Source of the DNA: a bacterium
Lineage (GTDB): Bacteria > Patescibacteriota > Minisyncoccia > Phycocordibacterales > UBA5272
Assembly: GCA_027482685.1 (NCBI GenBank)
Contig: JAIXVU010000001.1
Location: 64,910-128,909 of the forward strand
Direction: 5' to 3'
DNA: 64,000 bases
The notes under the pieces are model-generated. The model did no database searches and had not been told where the DNA came from. It saw nothing but the letters and a program-made list of their open reading frames with translations. Below, in pieces: positions 36,171 to 46,696 of this stretch (within the stretch, counting starts at the first letter, position 1; each line of letters opens with the position of its first letter). A program made the position numbers and the translations under genes.

Positions 36171-38492
36171 TTATACTTTTGCGTACAGTTTCTCTTGGAA
36201 TTTGAAGAAAATTGAACGAATCAAATCAATATCACCAAGTACATCTTTTGCATCCTCAAGTGACTGATATTTGTTTGTGAGCAATATAGGTAATTTCTCT
36301 TGGTCTAATTCTTCTACACCTGTTTCGATATACTTACTTAATACGAACTCAATAAACTCTTTTTGTTTATCATTAAGAGATTCAAAAATAGTTTCCTGAG
36401 ATGTTTCCACTCTTATATCTCTTGGTATTGGTTTAATATCACTATTAAATACATATTCCAACACATCAAAAAGATCACTATTCTCAGCATCAATCAATTT
36501 CTGTAATGTAGTTAATTCGTCTTTTCCATATCCTGCTTCGTCTAGTTTTTCTAGTAAACTTTTTCTAGTTATTGGATTACTCCAAATTTCTCGTAATTCT
36601 TCTTCACTTGTAAAGAATTTAGGTAATGTCCCAAACAAGTTTTGTAAAAACTCTTCCACAGAAATAGGTTTACCGTCTGCACCCCAAAATGAAGTTGCAA
36701 TCATGTGCTGTATTTCACGCTCTTTCCCATCTCGTAACTTAATCTTAAGTTTCTTATTCGGTTCAGTTGGTGGTTCTGGTGGAAAAGGTGGTTCACCCTC
36801 TACTCCTTTTGGTGGTTTAGGTTCCGTAGGTTCGTCATCTACTGGACTGATTGGTTCACCATCCCACTCAGGATCTGCAAAATGATGATAGGCATCTACA
36901 AAGTCATAAATAGTGAAGAACTCCTTACCGTCAAATAAACGTGTACCACGCCCCACAATTTGCTTAAACTCAATCATAGAGTTCACTGGTCGCATTAGAA
37001 CAATATTACGAATATTTCTAGCATCTACTCCAGTTGAAAGTTTCTGTGAAGTGGTGAGTATGGTCGGTATAGTTTTTTCGTTATCTTGGAACTCTCTCAA
37101 GAACTGTTCTCCTATTTCTCCGTCGTTAGCAGTAACACGCACACAATAATTTGGATCAGTGCTTTTCTTGTACTGATTAATCAAATCTCGAACAGCAGCC
37201 GCATGATCTTGAGTAGCACAGAAAACAATAGCTTTTTCATTTTGATCAGCTTCATCCATAAATACTTTCACACGCTTTTCCTCTCTCGCTTTAATTTCGA
37301 TTATCTTATTAAAATCAGGTTCGGTATAAAGTTTTCCTTCCTCGATTTCCCCTTCGATGATTTGGTCATCACTTGTATAAATATAATCGTCTAATGTTGT
37401 CTTAATACGCTTAACCTTAAAAGGAGTAAGGAAACCATCATTTATGCCTTCTTTTAGAGAATAAATATATACTGGCTCACCAAAGTATTTATACGTATCT
37501 ACATTGTCCTTACGTTTTGGTGTGGCTGTTAAACCTAATTGCACAGCAGGAGAAAAATATTCCAAGATTCCTCTCCAGTTTCCTTCGTCGTTTGCACCAC
37601 CACGATGACATTCGTCTATAATAATAAAATCAAAGTAATCAGGTGAGTATTCTCCGAAGTATGGGGCAGGATTACCATCTACATCTTTACCACTCATAAA
37701 GGTTTGAAAGATAGTAAAGAATATAGAGCCATTAGTAGGTACACTTCCTTTTTTACTTATCTCTTTTGGATTGATACGTACAAGAGAGTCTTCTGGAAAT
37801 GAAGAGAATGAGTTATATGCTTGGTCAGCTAGTATGTTTCTATCTGCTAAAAATAGAATACGAGGACGACGAGAACCATCACGCTTTAAGTTCCATCTTG
37901 TCTGAAAAAGTTTCCATGCAATCTGAAAAGCAATAGCTGTTTTACCTGTACCAGTGGCTAATGTTAGTAAGATACGATCCTTATTATTTGCAACAGATTC
38001 AAGAACATTTTTTACTGCTATTTCTTGATAGTAACGTAATTGCCAAGATCCACTCTTATCTTCAAATGGAACAGAACTAAACTTTTCCCTCCATTCATTT
38101 TGAACTGCAAAAGTTTTATTCCAAAGTTCGTCAGGAGAAAGATACTCAGAAACTAAACCCTCAATACCTGTTTTCATACAGATACTGTATATTTCTTTTC
38201 CATTTGTGGAATAGGTTGTTTCTATGTTTAATTTCTCTGCGTACTGCTTGGCTTGTGCAACACCTTCACCAACCCCTATGTTTGCACTCTTTGCCTCAAC
38301 CACAGCCAATTTTATGCCTTTGTAGACCAATACATAATCAGCAGTAAGTAACTTTCCTCTTATACCTCCAGTTTGAATTTTACCAGCAGTAATATTGTAT
38401 TCACGGAGTATTTTAGATCCTTCAATAACACCCCAACCACAATCTTTTAGCTTTGGATCAATTAGCTCTGCCCTTGTTTCAGATTCGTTCAT
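36171..38492 (-). CDS. hsdR: Type I restriction enzyme R subunit (HsdR), compact form
   Basis: The N-terminal HsdR nuclease domain (AVVEAKS), the SF2 motifs LATGTGKT and IIIDECHRG, and a position at the end of the hsdM-hsdS operon all fit HsdR. Confidence 0.8.
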   Translation of the reverse strand: MNESETRAELIDPKLKDCGWGVIEGSKILREYNITAGKIQTGGIRGKLLTADYVLVYKGIKLAVVEAKSANIGVGEGVAQAKQYAEKLNIETTYSTNGKEIYSICMKTGIEGLVSEYLSPDELWNKTFAVQNEWREKFSSVPFEDKSGSWQLRYYQEIAVKNVLESVANNKDRILLTLATGTGKTAIAFQIAWKLFQTRWNLKRDGSRRPRILFLADRNILADQAYNSFSSFPEDSLVRINPKEISKKGSVPTNGSIFFTIFQTFMSGKDVDGNPAPYFGEYSPDYFDFIIIDECHRGGANDEGNWRGILEYFSPAVQLGLTATPKRKDNVDTYKYFGEPVYIYSLKEGINDGFLTPFKVKRIKTTLDDYIYTSDDQIIEGEIEEGKLYTEPDFNKIIEIKAREEKRVKVFMDEADQNEKAIVFCATQDHAAAVRDLINQYKKSTDPNYCVRVTANDGEIGEQFLREFQDNEKTIPTILTTSQKLSTGVDARNIRNIVLMRPVNSMIEFKQIVGRGTRLFDGKEFFTIYDFVDAYHHFADPEWDGEPISPVDDEPTEPKPPKGVEGEPPFPPEPPTEPNKKLKIKLRDGKEREIQHMIATSFWGADGKPISVEEFLQNLFGTLPKFFTSEEELREIWSNPITRKSLLEKLDEAGYGKDELTTLQKLIDAENSDLFDVLEYVFNSDIKPIPRDIRVETSQETIFESLNDKQKEFIEFVLSKYIETGVEELDQEKLPILLTNKYQSLEDAKDVLGDIDLIRSIFFKFQEKLYAKV

Positions 38493-38513
38493 AATCTTGA
38501 CATTATAGCACTT

Positions 38514-39680
38514 TTATAGTTCGCCGTTAAATGCTTTTTGAAGAATACTTTTCTTAAGCTCTTCTAAGTCATTTAATTTTTGTTCGTAGATTGATTCAAG
38601 TCTTTTTGTTTCATTTGAAAGTGATTCGAGTTTTTTAACAATAAGTTCTTGCTCCTTTATTGATTTTGGAAAGCTTATTCTAATAAGTTTTAAATTTTTA
38701 AGAATAATTCTTCTTATTGCAACTCCTGTTTTCATCCCCACGGCCTCTTGTAAAAATTCAGGATTTTTCAAAACATATTTCAAAAAAGACGAATCAATGA
38801 TTTTTCTTTTAGGTCTTATGATTGCCAACGAAGACAACACTACAAAATCTTTTTCAAAATCAACAAGGGACACTTTTCCCACAGTCCCATCTTTTGAAAA
38901 AAGAAGATCCCCTTGATTTGGTTTACATCCATTTTTAAGTAAGGATTCATAATCTTTTTTATTTATAAACTTACACCTTTCAAAATTAATTATATCGTTA
39001 TCAATATCTCTTACTGTTATATACGGATATTCATCTTCATTAGATGAATCTGGGGAAAAATGACTTCCGTCCGTAATTTGTTCACAAACATCCATAAGCT
39101 CAACATTTTCCCAATCGCCTCCTTTATTTGTAAACACACTCTGTAAATAACTCTCAAAAAGCTCCTTAGCATTTTTTAGATTTTGTTCAGCATTATCTTT
39201 TACTTTAGATATGTTAGTAAAAGATTCCTCTAAAATAGATACAATGCGTTGTTGTTCTTTAAGTGGAGGAAGTACGATTGGATATTCTTTAATCATCGGC
39301 ACAGTTAATTGTGGTATTGATGACCCACTATGGGTAAAATCAATACCACTAATTACAAACTTAAGAAAAGTTAAACTAACAACATCTGTTTTAGGTATTA
39401 TAACTATGAGTCGCACCACTGGATAAAAAGGTTCCTGTCTTATTTCAGAGTAACCAATTGTACCTCTTGCTGAAATAGTTATGCTTGGTTTTGTTACTCT
39501 TGCGACATTTGTGTAACCATATAATCCCTTATTTTTCTCACCATTTGAAAAGATGGGGATATTATAAAAATCTGTTTTAACTTTAAATGTGTTATTTTTG
39601 TCTACATCACCACCAGCAAAAAGCTCTTCACAAACATCTCCTAACTTTTTTATTTCCCAGTTAGTTTTCATAATCGCCAT
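38514..39680 (-). CDS. hsdS: Type I restriction-modification specificity subunit (HsdS)
   Basis: Two target-recognition-domain halves are separated by the conserved coiled-coil repeats (LKEQQRIVSILE...; KEQELIVKKLESL). Confidence 0.75.
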   Translation of the reverse strand: MAIMKTNWEIKKLGDVCEELFAGGDVDKNNTFKVKTDFYNIPIFSNGEKNKGLYGYTNVARVTKPSITISARGTIGYSEIRQEPFYPVVRLIVIIPKTDVVSLTFLKFVISGIDFTHSGSSIPQLTVPMIKEYPIVLPPLKEQQRIVSILEESFTNISKVKDNAEQNLKNAKELFESYLQSVFTNKGGDWENVELMDVCEQITDGSHFSPDSSNEDEYPYITVRDIDNDIINFERCKFINKKDYESLLKNGCKPNQGDLLFSKDGTVGKVSLVDFEKDFVVLSSLAIIRPKRKIIDSSFLKYVLKNPEFLQEAVGMKTGVAIRRIILKNLKLIRISFPKSIKEQELIVKKLESLSNETKRLESIYEQKLNDLEELKKSILQKAFNGEL

Positions 39681-41106
39681 AGTTACTCTTTATATACTTT
39701 CTCTGCTTCACATATTCAATTAAAAGATTGTAAAACATCTCCTCTTCCTTGTCCTCAGCAACTTTAATAGAGTCACGACCGCTCTCGTCTTTAGTAATTA
39801 AGTACTTCCCCCAGTAAACATTAGAAGTTGTATTATCTGGTACCTTAATACCAAAAGACTTCAGCATGGTTACTGAGTATCTCCCGTAGGGCATTCTTTG
39901 GTCCATTTTTATAGTAGCGTTTTTTATAATTTCTAGCTTCCTTAAGAAAACATCAGTATTTGAAAAACTGTGTATAGTAACCTTTACCGCTATATCGAAT
40001 ATCTTTTGAAAACTATCCGCAAAATGGTCTTCATGATAACTACCTTTTTTTAACTCAAGTAGCTGAAATCTCGTTGCTTTTAGTAATGACCTCAAATTCA
40101 TAATTTCACTATTTATTGCTCTTGAAAAGATATGCCAGAGAAAAAGCTTAATGTACCCACTATTCCCAATAGAAGAACTTAAATTTGGTTCTTCATTCTT
40201 AATACTCATAGCAATTTGCTCAACTGTAGCGAGAATTGCTTTTTTATTATCAAAATAAAATGGACTAACAGTAAAAAACTTGTCCATGTACCCAGAGAAA
40301 TCTGTCTCTGCTCCATACTTATGGTGAAAAAAGTTTTTTAGGTTTGTGTAATCTGCAACAATAACTATTAAATCAAAACCAAATTTATTTTCATGCTCCT
40401 TTTCAAAGTAGGCGGATAATATATTTAATATCCTAAATACGTGCTCAGGGTCTATTCTGTCTAAGTCATCTAAAACAAGAATACTTTTTTTGGTATCTTT
40501 TTGAAGAGTGATTTTTTCTTTCAAGAGATGACTTAGAAAATCTGTTTCAGAAATGTTTTTTGCTTTAATCTGCTCAACATATTTTTCTACTAATGCTTTT
40601 TCTCCGCCTTTATATTCATGCTTAAATTCTTGAAATTCTTTATCTAATTCGAGTAAGTCCTTTAGTGGTCTACCGAGTTTAGTAAGAGAGGATGAAATTG
40701 GGTCTGGAATTGCATCTCCATAGTTTTCTGCAATAGAAAGAGTTGACTGTAAGACAGAATTTACAGTAAATCTATTTCTTGCCCAAGAATAAAAAAGAAG
40801 TGCTGATTCTTTTATTCCATCAACTTTATTACCTTGTAAAATATCCTTATTCTTTTTTAGTAACTCCACAAGAATGTCATATTTTATAAGCTCTAAAATA
40901 TCCTCATTACTGTTAATCTGATAGTTAATAGGATATAAATGAAACACATCATACTTATCTTTTCTGGATTCAAAGAATTCATTTAAGAAAAAAGTCTTTC
41001 CAATGCCGAAAGGTCCAGAGAAAAAAACTCTTGAATTATTTTCCATAACTAAAAAATCTTCAAAAACTTTTTCTACTGTATCAATTGGTATTTTAATATC
41101 TGCCAT
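39661..41106 (-). CDS. KAP-family P-loop NTPase embedded in the Type I R-M operon
   Basis: Walker A is SGPFGIGKT. The KAP-type Walker B is ILVLDDLDRIDPEHVF. The gene overlaps hsdS by 20 nt and starts 6 nt after hsdM. Confidence 0.65.
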   Translation of the reverse strand: MADIKIPIDTVEKVFEDFLVMENNSRVFFSGPFGIGKTFFLNEFFESRKDKYDVFHLYPINYQINSNEDILELIKYDILVELLKKNKDILQGNKVDGIKESALLFYSWARNRFTVNSVLQSTLSIAENYGDAIPDPISSSLTKLGRPLKDLLELDKEFQEFKHEYKGGEKALVEKYVEQIKAKNISETDFLSHLLKEKITLQKDTKKSILVLDDLDRIDPEHVFRILNILSAYFEKEHENKFGFDLIVIVADYTNLKNFFHHKYGAETDFSGYMDKFFTVSPFYFDNKKAILATVEQIAMSIKNEEPNLSSSIGNSGYIKLFLWHIFSRAINSEIMNLRSLLKATRFQLLELKKGSYHEDHFADSFQKIFDIAVKVTIHSFSNTDVFLRKLEIIKNATIKMDQRMPYGRYSVTMLKSFGIKVPDNTTSNVYWGKYLITKDESGRDSIKVAEDKEEEMFYNLLIEYVKQRKYIKSNYGDYEN

Positions 41107-41111
41107 AGAAA

Positions 41112-42578
41112 CTAAATAATCTTTTTAATTAAATTAAGGATATCTTCACTCTCTTTATCTAAAGCTTTCATTTCTTTCAAAATATCTTCAGGTGTTCGTA
41201 GTACTGTTTCCTCTTTTTTATTTGGGTTCTTAGCACTCAAATCAAAAGTTTTTTGGTCTATATCTTTCACGTTTACACTCCATGAGTTTTCACTCTCAGC
41301 TTTTGTTTTTTGAAGCTTAATAAAATCTTCTAAATCTTTTTCACTAAGTGAGTTTGTTTTACCTAAATTTCTATCTAAGTTAAGGTGGTAGAACCAAACC
41401 TTCTTTGTGGATGATCCTTTTTCAAAAAATAACACAACTGTTTTTACTCCTGCTCCAGTAAAAGTTCCAGCAGGTAAATCAAGTACAGTATGCAGGTTGC
41501 AATTTTCTAACAATAACTTTCTTAAGCTAACAGTTGCATTATCTGTATTACTTAGGAATGTATTTTTAATAACGACGCCACCTTTACCTCCAGCTTTTAA
41601 TATCTTGATAAAATGCTGTAAGAAAAGAGATGCTGTTTCTCCTGTTTTAATTGGAAAATTTTGTTGTACTTCTGCTCGTTCTTTTCCGCCAAATGGAGGG
41701 TTTGCTAATACGATATTATAACGGTCTTTCTCTTGTATGTCTGCAAGATTTTCAGCAAGGGTATTGGTATGGATAATATTCGGAGCTTCTATACCATGTA
41801 AAATCATATTCATCGTACCGATGATATAAGCAAGAGATTTCTTTTCCTTTCCATAGAAAGTTTTCTTTTGTAAAATTTCTACATCTTTTGTTGTGAGGTT
41901 TTTACTCTTCTTTAAATAATCAAAAGCTTCACATAAAAACCCAGCACTACCTACTGCACCATCATAAATAGTGTCACCAATTTTTGGAGCAACTACTTTA
42001 ACAATAGTAGTAATGAGTGGTCGTGGAGTATAGTACTCACCACCATTACGCCCAGCGTTCCCCATGTTCTGTATTTTAGATTCATACAAATGACTCATCT
42101 CATGCTTTTCAGCGTGGGTACGGAAACGAAGTTCGTCTATACGATTAATAACTTCACGTAAGTTGTAACCACTATGAATTCTATTTTTTAATTCAGAAAA
42201 AATCTCACCAATCTTATATTCAATAGTATCTGGACTTTCAGCACTTGTTTTAAATTTCTTAAGATAAGGGAAGAGCTTATGATCAACAAAATCTTTCAGA
42301 TCATCTCCTGTTAATTCTTTATGATGATCAAGTTTCCCTGTCTTATCCTTTGGGGTAGCCCACGTAGTCCAACTATATTCAGGAGATATAATATTAGTAT
42401 ATTTTTTTCCTGCAAGTTCAGCCGCTGTTTTCTTGTCTTTCTCTAAATCGTCTAGATACTTCAAAAACAAGACCCATGAGGTTTGTTCAACATAATCAAG
42501 CTCACTTCCGCATCCTGCATCTTTGTGTAAGATGTCGTCTATATTCTTAAAAGTTTGTTCAAACATAAATTTACTCAT
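41112..42578 (-). CDS. hsdM: Type I restriction-modification N6-adenine methyltransferase subunit (HsdM)
   Basis: The HsdM N-terminal domain, AdoMet motif I (DGAVGSAGFL) and the catalytic VLANPPFGG are present. Confidence 0.85.
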   Translation of the reverse strand: MSKFMFEQTFKNIDDILHKDAGCGSELDYVEQTSWVLFLKYLDDLEKDKKTAAELAGKKYTNIISPEYSWTTWATPKDKTGKLDHHKELTGDDLKDFVDHKLFPYLKKFKTSAESPDTIEYKIGEIFSELKNRIHSGYNLREVINRIDELRFRTHAEKHEMSHLYESKIQNMGNAGRNGGEYYTPRPLITTIVKVVAPKIGDTIYDGAVGSAGFLCEAFDYLKKSKNLTTKDVEILQKKTFYGKEKKSLAYIIGTMNMILHGIEAPNIIHTNTLAENLADIQEKDRYNIVLANPPFGGKERAEVQQNFPIKTGETASLFLQHFIKILKAGGKGGVVIKNTFLSNTDNATVSLRKLLLENCNLHTVLDLPAGTFTGAGVKTVVLFFEKGSSTKKVWFYHLNLDRNLGKTNSLSEKDLEDFIKLQKTKAESENSWSVNVKDIDQKTFDLSAKNPNKKEETVLRTPEDILKEMKALDKESEDILNLIKKII

Positions 42579-42591
42579 AATTATATCACTT

Positions 42592-44004
42592 TTAACTAGC
42601 TCGGACTAACTCAATTTCGCTTATATAAATCTTTTTATCTGATAGCAAAATTTTGCTTTTCAAACACCCTAACAACTCTCGTTTCTCTATATCCTTTCCA
42701 TCTCTCAAAATATACTTCGCATAATTTCGTATATCTACATCACCTACACTAGTACTATCCTTAACCCCTAAAACACCTATCTGAAAGCGTTTGAATCTAT
42801 TAACCTCATCTTTTATCTTCTCTTTCATTCCTATCTCGTCTAGGTCAATTTTATCGAACACCTCTTCTAACTGTTTAATAAGATCATCTTCATTAAGGTA
42901 TCCACTTTTACAATGTCTATCCCTCACCTTATTACACCCATAATAGACATATCTATGAATATTCCCATTCTTCTGTTTCTTTAACTTTTCATCGGCACAT
43001 ACTCCTGAACCACATAAACCACAGGTCATAAGTTTAGTGAAAGCAAATTCTTTACTTCCGAATTCTGTTTTTGTAATCTGTCGTGTTATCTGTACTTGGA
43101 CAAGATCAAAGAGTTCTTTTGTGATTAATGGCTCATGTGATCCTTTATACCAGTTACCACTCTTTTTAGGATATTCAAATTCTCCGTAATAGAAAGTATT
43201 TCTTAAGAGGATATGTATCGTACTTAACGTAAGCCCTTTATTACTACTTACCGATCTAAAATTAAGATCAAACTTTAACCAATGATACACTTTTCTACCA
43301 CTCCATTTTTCGTAAGCAACTTTCTCAAACATTTGTTTCATTATATGACCTCTCTCTGGATCAATATATGTCTGACATTTTCTATCTATTCTTTTTTCTT
43401 TAAGATAACCAGTAGGAGCAGGTGCTGGCCATAAACCCATTTCTACTCTTGTCTTTAAACCTCTCTTAACATTAATACTTTTATTATCATTTTCTAACTT
43501 CGCTTGAGAACAAAGAATCATTAATAAAAACTTTTCATTTGGGGAATTAGAAAATGTTTGTCCATAAGTTCTAATTTGAAGAAGTAACTTTTGATCCATT
43601 AAATCAACAAGCGACCCTAGGTCGCCTGCATTTCTACTTAATCTATCTGGTGCCCATGTCAGCACTCCGTTATATCTACCAATTCGTATATCTTCTAAAA
43701 TTTCTTTAAACACTGGTCGCTGTCCTGATTCTTTCGCTGAATGAGATTCTCGTCTAATATCAATAATTTCTAAACCTTCTCTTTCTGCTAACGAAAGCAT
43801 TTCTTTAATTTGTGAATCAATAGAAAGAATTTGTCTTTCTTCTGATTCAGTACTTTTTCTACTATATAAAACATATTTGATTTTTGTTGTTGGAATAACA
43901 GCCATATTACCTATTAGTCCAAATGGTGCTTGTTGTTGCATATATATATTAATGACAGAACCATAATCCCTGCATAGTCTATGCAGAACTAAAAAAGGCG
44001 ACAT
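42592..44004 (-). CDS. Large serine recombinase (resolvase/invertase catalytic domain + recombinase domain + zinc ribbon); the likely start is the internal MAVIPTT...
   Basis: The catalytic Ser context is YVLYSRKSTESEE. The Cys-rich ribbon CGLCGSG...C is present. The size is about 440-470 aa. Confidence 0.8.
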   Translation of the reverse strand: MSPFLVLHRLCRDYGSVINIYMQQQAPFGLIGNMAVIPTTKIKYVLYSRKSTESEERQILSIDSQIKEMLSLAEREGLEIIDIRRESHSAKESGQRPVFKEILEDIRIGRYNGVLTWAPDRLSRNAGDLGSLVDLMDQKLLLQIRTYGQTFSNSPNEKFLLMILCSQAKLENDNKSINVKRGLKTRVEMGLWPAPAPTGYLKEKRIDRKCQTYIDPERGHIMKQMFEKVAYEKWSGRKVYHWLKFDLNFRSVSSNKGLTLSTIHILLRNTFYYGEFEYPKKSGNWYKGSHEPLITKELFDLVQVQITRQITKTEFGSKEFAFTKLMTCGLCGSGVCADEKLKKQKNGNIHRYVYYGCNKVRDRHCKSGYLNEDDLIKQLEEVFDKIDLDEIGMKEKIKDEVNRFKRFQIGVLGVKDSTSVGDVDIRNYAKYILRDGKDIEKRELLGCLKSKILLSDKKIYISEIELVRAS

Positions 44005-44209
44005 TGTGAGAGATTTATTTGTCTACAAAAATGCCTTAGCAAAAGACCTTTTATGCGATATAATCAATAGATTAATACAAGAGTATTAAGAGAAAAAATT
44101 TGCAGTAGCCTAACCCTTTAAGTAATTAAAGGTATGGTGAAAAAGTCCTATCAGATCAAAAACCCCATCATGTGGGCTTTGCTCTGATAGGCCATATCTG
44201 GAAACGGAT

Positions 44210-45040
44210 ATGAAGGTCGCAAGACCTTACTCACGTGGTGGGATTTTTGCTTCCCAACGAGAGATTACTAAGTCCTATCAGACATATATGAACCAATCAG
44301 CATCTCCTTTTGGAGATAATTTTAGATATTTAGTAGAAGAACGAATCAAAAACTTTTGGGGATATGGTAACTTTAAAAGTGATATATGGTTTGTCGGAAT
44401 GGAAGAAGGTCACAGTGGAGATATTGAAAGTTTAGTTAAAAGATTAGAAGCTACGAAAGACAAAGAGACTCTGGATATCTATGATGACATGAAGCATGAT
44501 GTTGCTCATATGAAGTGGTTTGAAGAAGGAGCGAAAACTCAAGCAACGTATCGTCGACTAATTTATATATTACTCTATCTTAAAAACAAGGTAGAGCCGA
44601 CATTAGAGGAGATAAGACAATTTCAAATAAAAGAATTTGGTAGAAAAACATCAAATCATACAGCTCTTGAATTAATGCCACTTCCTGCAAAATCTATTAA
44701 TGCAAAAGATTGGGTATATAAGGAAGCGAATATAGAAGGATTGAATACTCGAAAAGAATATTTAGCAACATATAGACCAAGACGTATAGCACGACTTCGT
44801 GAATTAATTTCTATACATAAACCAAAGATTGTTATTTTCTACTCAAGGGTATATTTACCAGAATGGAGAGAAACGATACCTGTACCTTTAGAAGAAATTA
44901 AGGATACTAAACTTCATATAGCAAAAGACCACAACACGTTATATGTTGTAGTCCCTCACTCAACCTCTTACGGCATATCACTTAGTGATTGGAAGAAGAT
45001 TGCAGAAACATTAGTTAGTCACCATAGTCATCATCATTAA
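44210..45040 (+). CDS. Hypothetical protein (the likely start is internal). It has weak uracil-DNA-glycosylase-superfamily-like motifs (VGMEEGHSG; VVPHSTSYG), which are speculative
   Basis: ORF only; the motif resemblance is by eye. Confidence 0.35.
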   Translation: MKVARPYSRGGIFASQREITKSYQTYMNQSASPFGDNFRYLVEERIKNFWGYGNFKSDIWFVGMEEGHSGDIESLVKRLEATKDKETLDIYDDMKHDVAHMKWFEEGAKTQATYRRLIYILLYLKNKVEPTLEEIRQFQIKEFGRKTSNHTALELMPLPAKSINAKDWVYKEANIEGLNTRKEYLATYRPRRIARLRELISIHKPKIVIFYSRVYLPEWRETIPVPLEEIKDTKLHIAKDHNTLYVVVPHSTSYGISLSDWKKIAETLVSHHSHHH

Positions 45041-45422
45041 TATCGCCAACTACATTTGACGGCATATTTAATGGATCAACGGTATCAATAGTAATTGAAG
45101 TAATTGGTACAAACGGTTTCTTCCAAAAATCTTTTGGTCGTGGTCGCATGTACTCTTTTTTTTGGTTATCAAGATAATACTGGATAGCTCTCAAACTTCC
45201 ATTATTGATATGAGAGATAAGTTTACTCTCTGCAAGATCTATAATAGAGTCAGTCCCACACAAAAGAGCAAGATCTACACTTTCTTGAAACTCTGGATCA
45301 TCTTTACACCAACGATAGATTGTATTCCTCGCTAATCCTACTTTCTCGCAGGCGAGAGAAATATTGGGAACGGTGTTAAGTTGTTCAAGAAAAGCTTTTA
45401 CCTTTTTATCCTTTTTCGCCAT
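45015..45422 (-). CDS. HTH-domain protein, possibly a terminase-small-subunit-like or regulatory protein
   Basis: The N-terminal HTH is NISLACEKVGLARNTIYRWCKDD. The gene overlaps the ParB-MTase gene by 17 nt. Confidence 0.45.
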   Translation of the reverse strand: MAKKDKKVKAFLEQLNTVPNISLACEKVGLARNTIYRWCKDDPEFQESVDLALLCGTDSIIDLAESKLISHINNGSLRAIQYYLDNQKKEYMRPRPKDFWKKPFVPITSITIDTVDPLNMPSNVVGDINDDDYGD

Positions 45423-46692
45423 TTCGGATAACCTTTGCCTTTTTGCCTGTTAATGCTTCGTAACGTCGTATTGTTAAGTCACAAAATATTGGTTCAATCT
45501 CTACAGCATATACTCTACGCTTAAGATTTAGACCAGCCATAATTGTACTTCCTGAACCAGAGAAACTATCGAGAATGATGTCTGTCATTTTTGTACAACG
45601 GCGGATTGCCTTTTCGTATACTTCAGGTGGCTTCATTGTACTGTGTTCGTATTCGTTGCCAGAGAGACGCTTTTCCATCCATACAGTTAGATAATCGTGT
45701 GCTTGTTGTAACAAATCGTTACCTGTTGTCGTGTCGTTATTCATGACTTCATTTAGATCATTCACACCCTTTACGATATATGGCTTACCACGAGTGCCGT
45801 AGGTACAAGGTTCGTAACACTTGTTGAAAGCGACAGATGGGACGGGGTTCTGGGAATTTTTAAGCCATAAACATACTCGACGATTAATAATGCCAAATTC
45901 ACGATACAAAGTTTGTATGAGCCATATATACGCTTGATCGGACCAATAAAATATATGAGCATTTTCCTTGGTTACAGAAAGTGCAGCGACCATGCTCTTT
46001 CTTAAGAAGTCTGAGTATTCCTTGTCTGTCTTGTTGTCATCGACGGTACCACCGTAATTCTGCTTGCCACCAATTCCACTGTTATAGTTTACAGATATAT
46101 TGTAAATTGGATCTGAGATTATCATAGAAGCACGTTCGTCACCAAAGAGCTTTTGAAGTGTCTCTGGAAGAGTGGAATCTCCACATATCAATCGGCAGTC
46201 CCCAAGTTCTATGATATCGCCAACTTGGGTTGTTGCTTTCTTAAGCTTAATCTTCTCAAGTTCGACCTCTGGAGAAAACTTTCCTTGATCGAGTGTTCTG
46301 TTCCAAATATCGTCGAGTTGTTGTTGGTCAAAGCCGATATCAAGAAGTAGATCAAAATCTAATCGTTGGAGCTTGTCGATATCAAACTCACCAGTATTTT
46401 TGCTGAGTCGGACATTCAATTCCTTTTCTTTTTCAAGATCTGAAATATTTACGAAGACAACTGGAACTTCTACCATCTTGAGTTCCTTTGCTACTTCAAG
46501 ACGGAAGTCTCCTCCGATAACGGTATTCTCTCGACCTTTAGCACTGTTACAGATTATCGGATCCACGAATCCGAATCGCTTGATACTCTCTTTAAGCTGA
46601 TTTGCTTGTTCCGTTGTATGTTTGCGAGGATTGTACTCAGATGGATTAAGATTGGTAATCGGGAGATAAACGACTTTAATGTTGTTAGTCAT
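45406..46692 (-). CDS. ParB-like nuclease domain fused to a beta-class N6-adenine/N4-cytosine DNA methyltransferase
   Basis: The N-terminal ParB/Srx motif (PSEYNPRK; VIGGDFRL), MTase motif IV (SDPIYNI) and motif I (DSFSGSGST) are present. Confidence 0.75.
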   Translation of the reverse strand: MTNNIKVVYLPITNLNPSEYNPRKHTTEQANQLKESIKRFGFVDPIICNSAKGRENTVIGGDFRLEVAKELKMVEVPVVFVNISDLEKEKELNVRLSKNTGEFDIDKLQRLDFDLLLDIGFDQQQLDDIWNRTLDQGKFSPEVELEKIKLKKATTQVGDIIELGDCRLICGDSTLPETLQKLFGDERASMIISDPIYNISVNYNSGIGGKQNYGGTVDDNKTDKEYSDFLRKSMVAALSVTKENAHIFYWSDQAYIWLIQTLYREFGIINRRVCLWLKNSQNPVPSVAFNKCYEPCTYGTRGKPYIVKGVNDLNEVMNNDTTTGNDLLQQAHDYLTVWMEKRLSGNEYEHSTMKPPEVYEKAIRRCTKMTDIILDSFSGSGSTIMAGLNLKRRVYAVEIEPIFCDLTIRRYEALTGKKAKVIRNGEKG

Positions 46693-46696
46693 AAAA

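Noticed and set aside
42592-44004. Serine recombinase acting as an hsdS phase-variation invertase (shufflon)
   Set aside because: There is only one hsdS gene, with no inverted duplicate TRD cassettes. The recombinase is a large (about 470 aa) integrase-type enzyme with a zinc ribbon rather than a small invertase.
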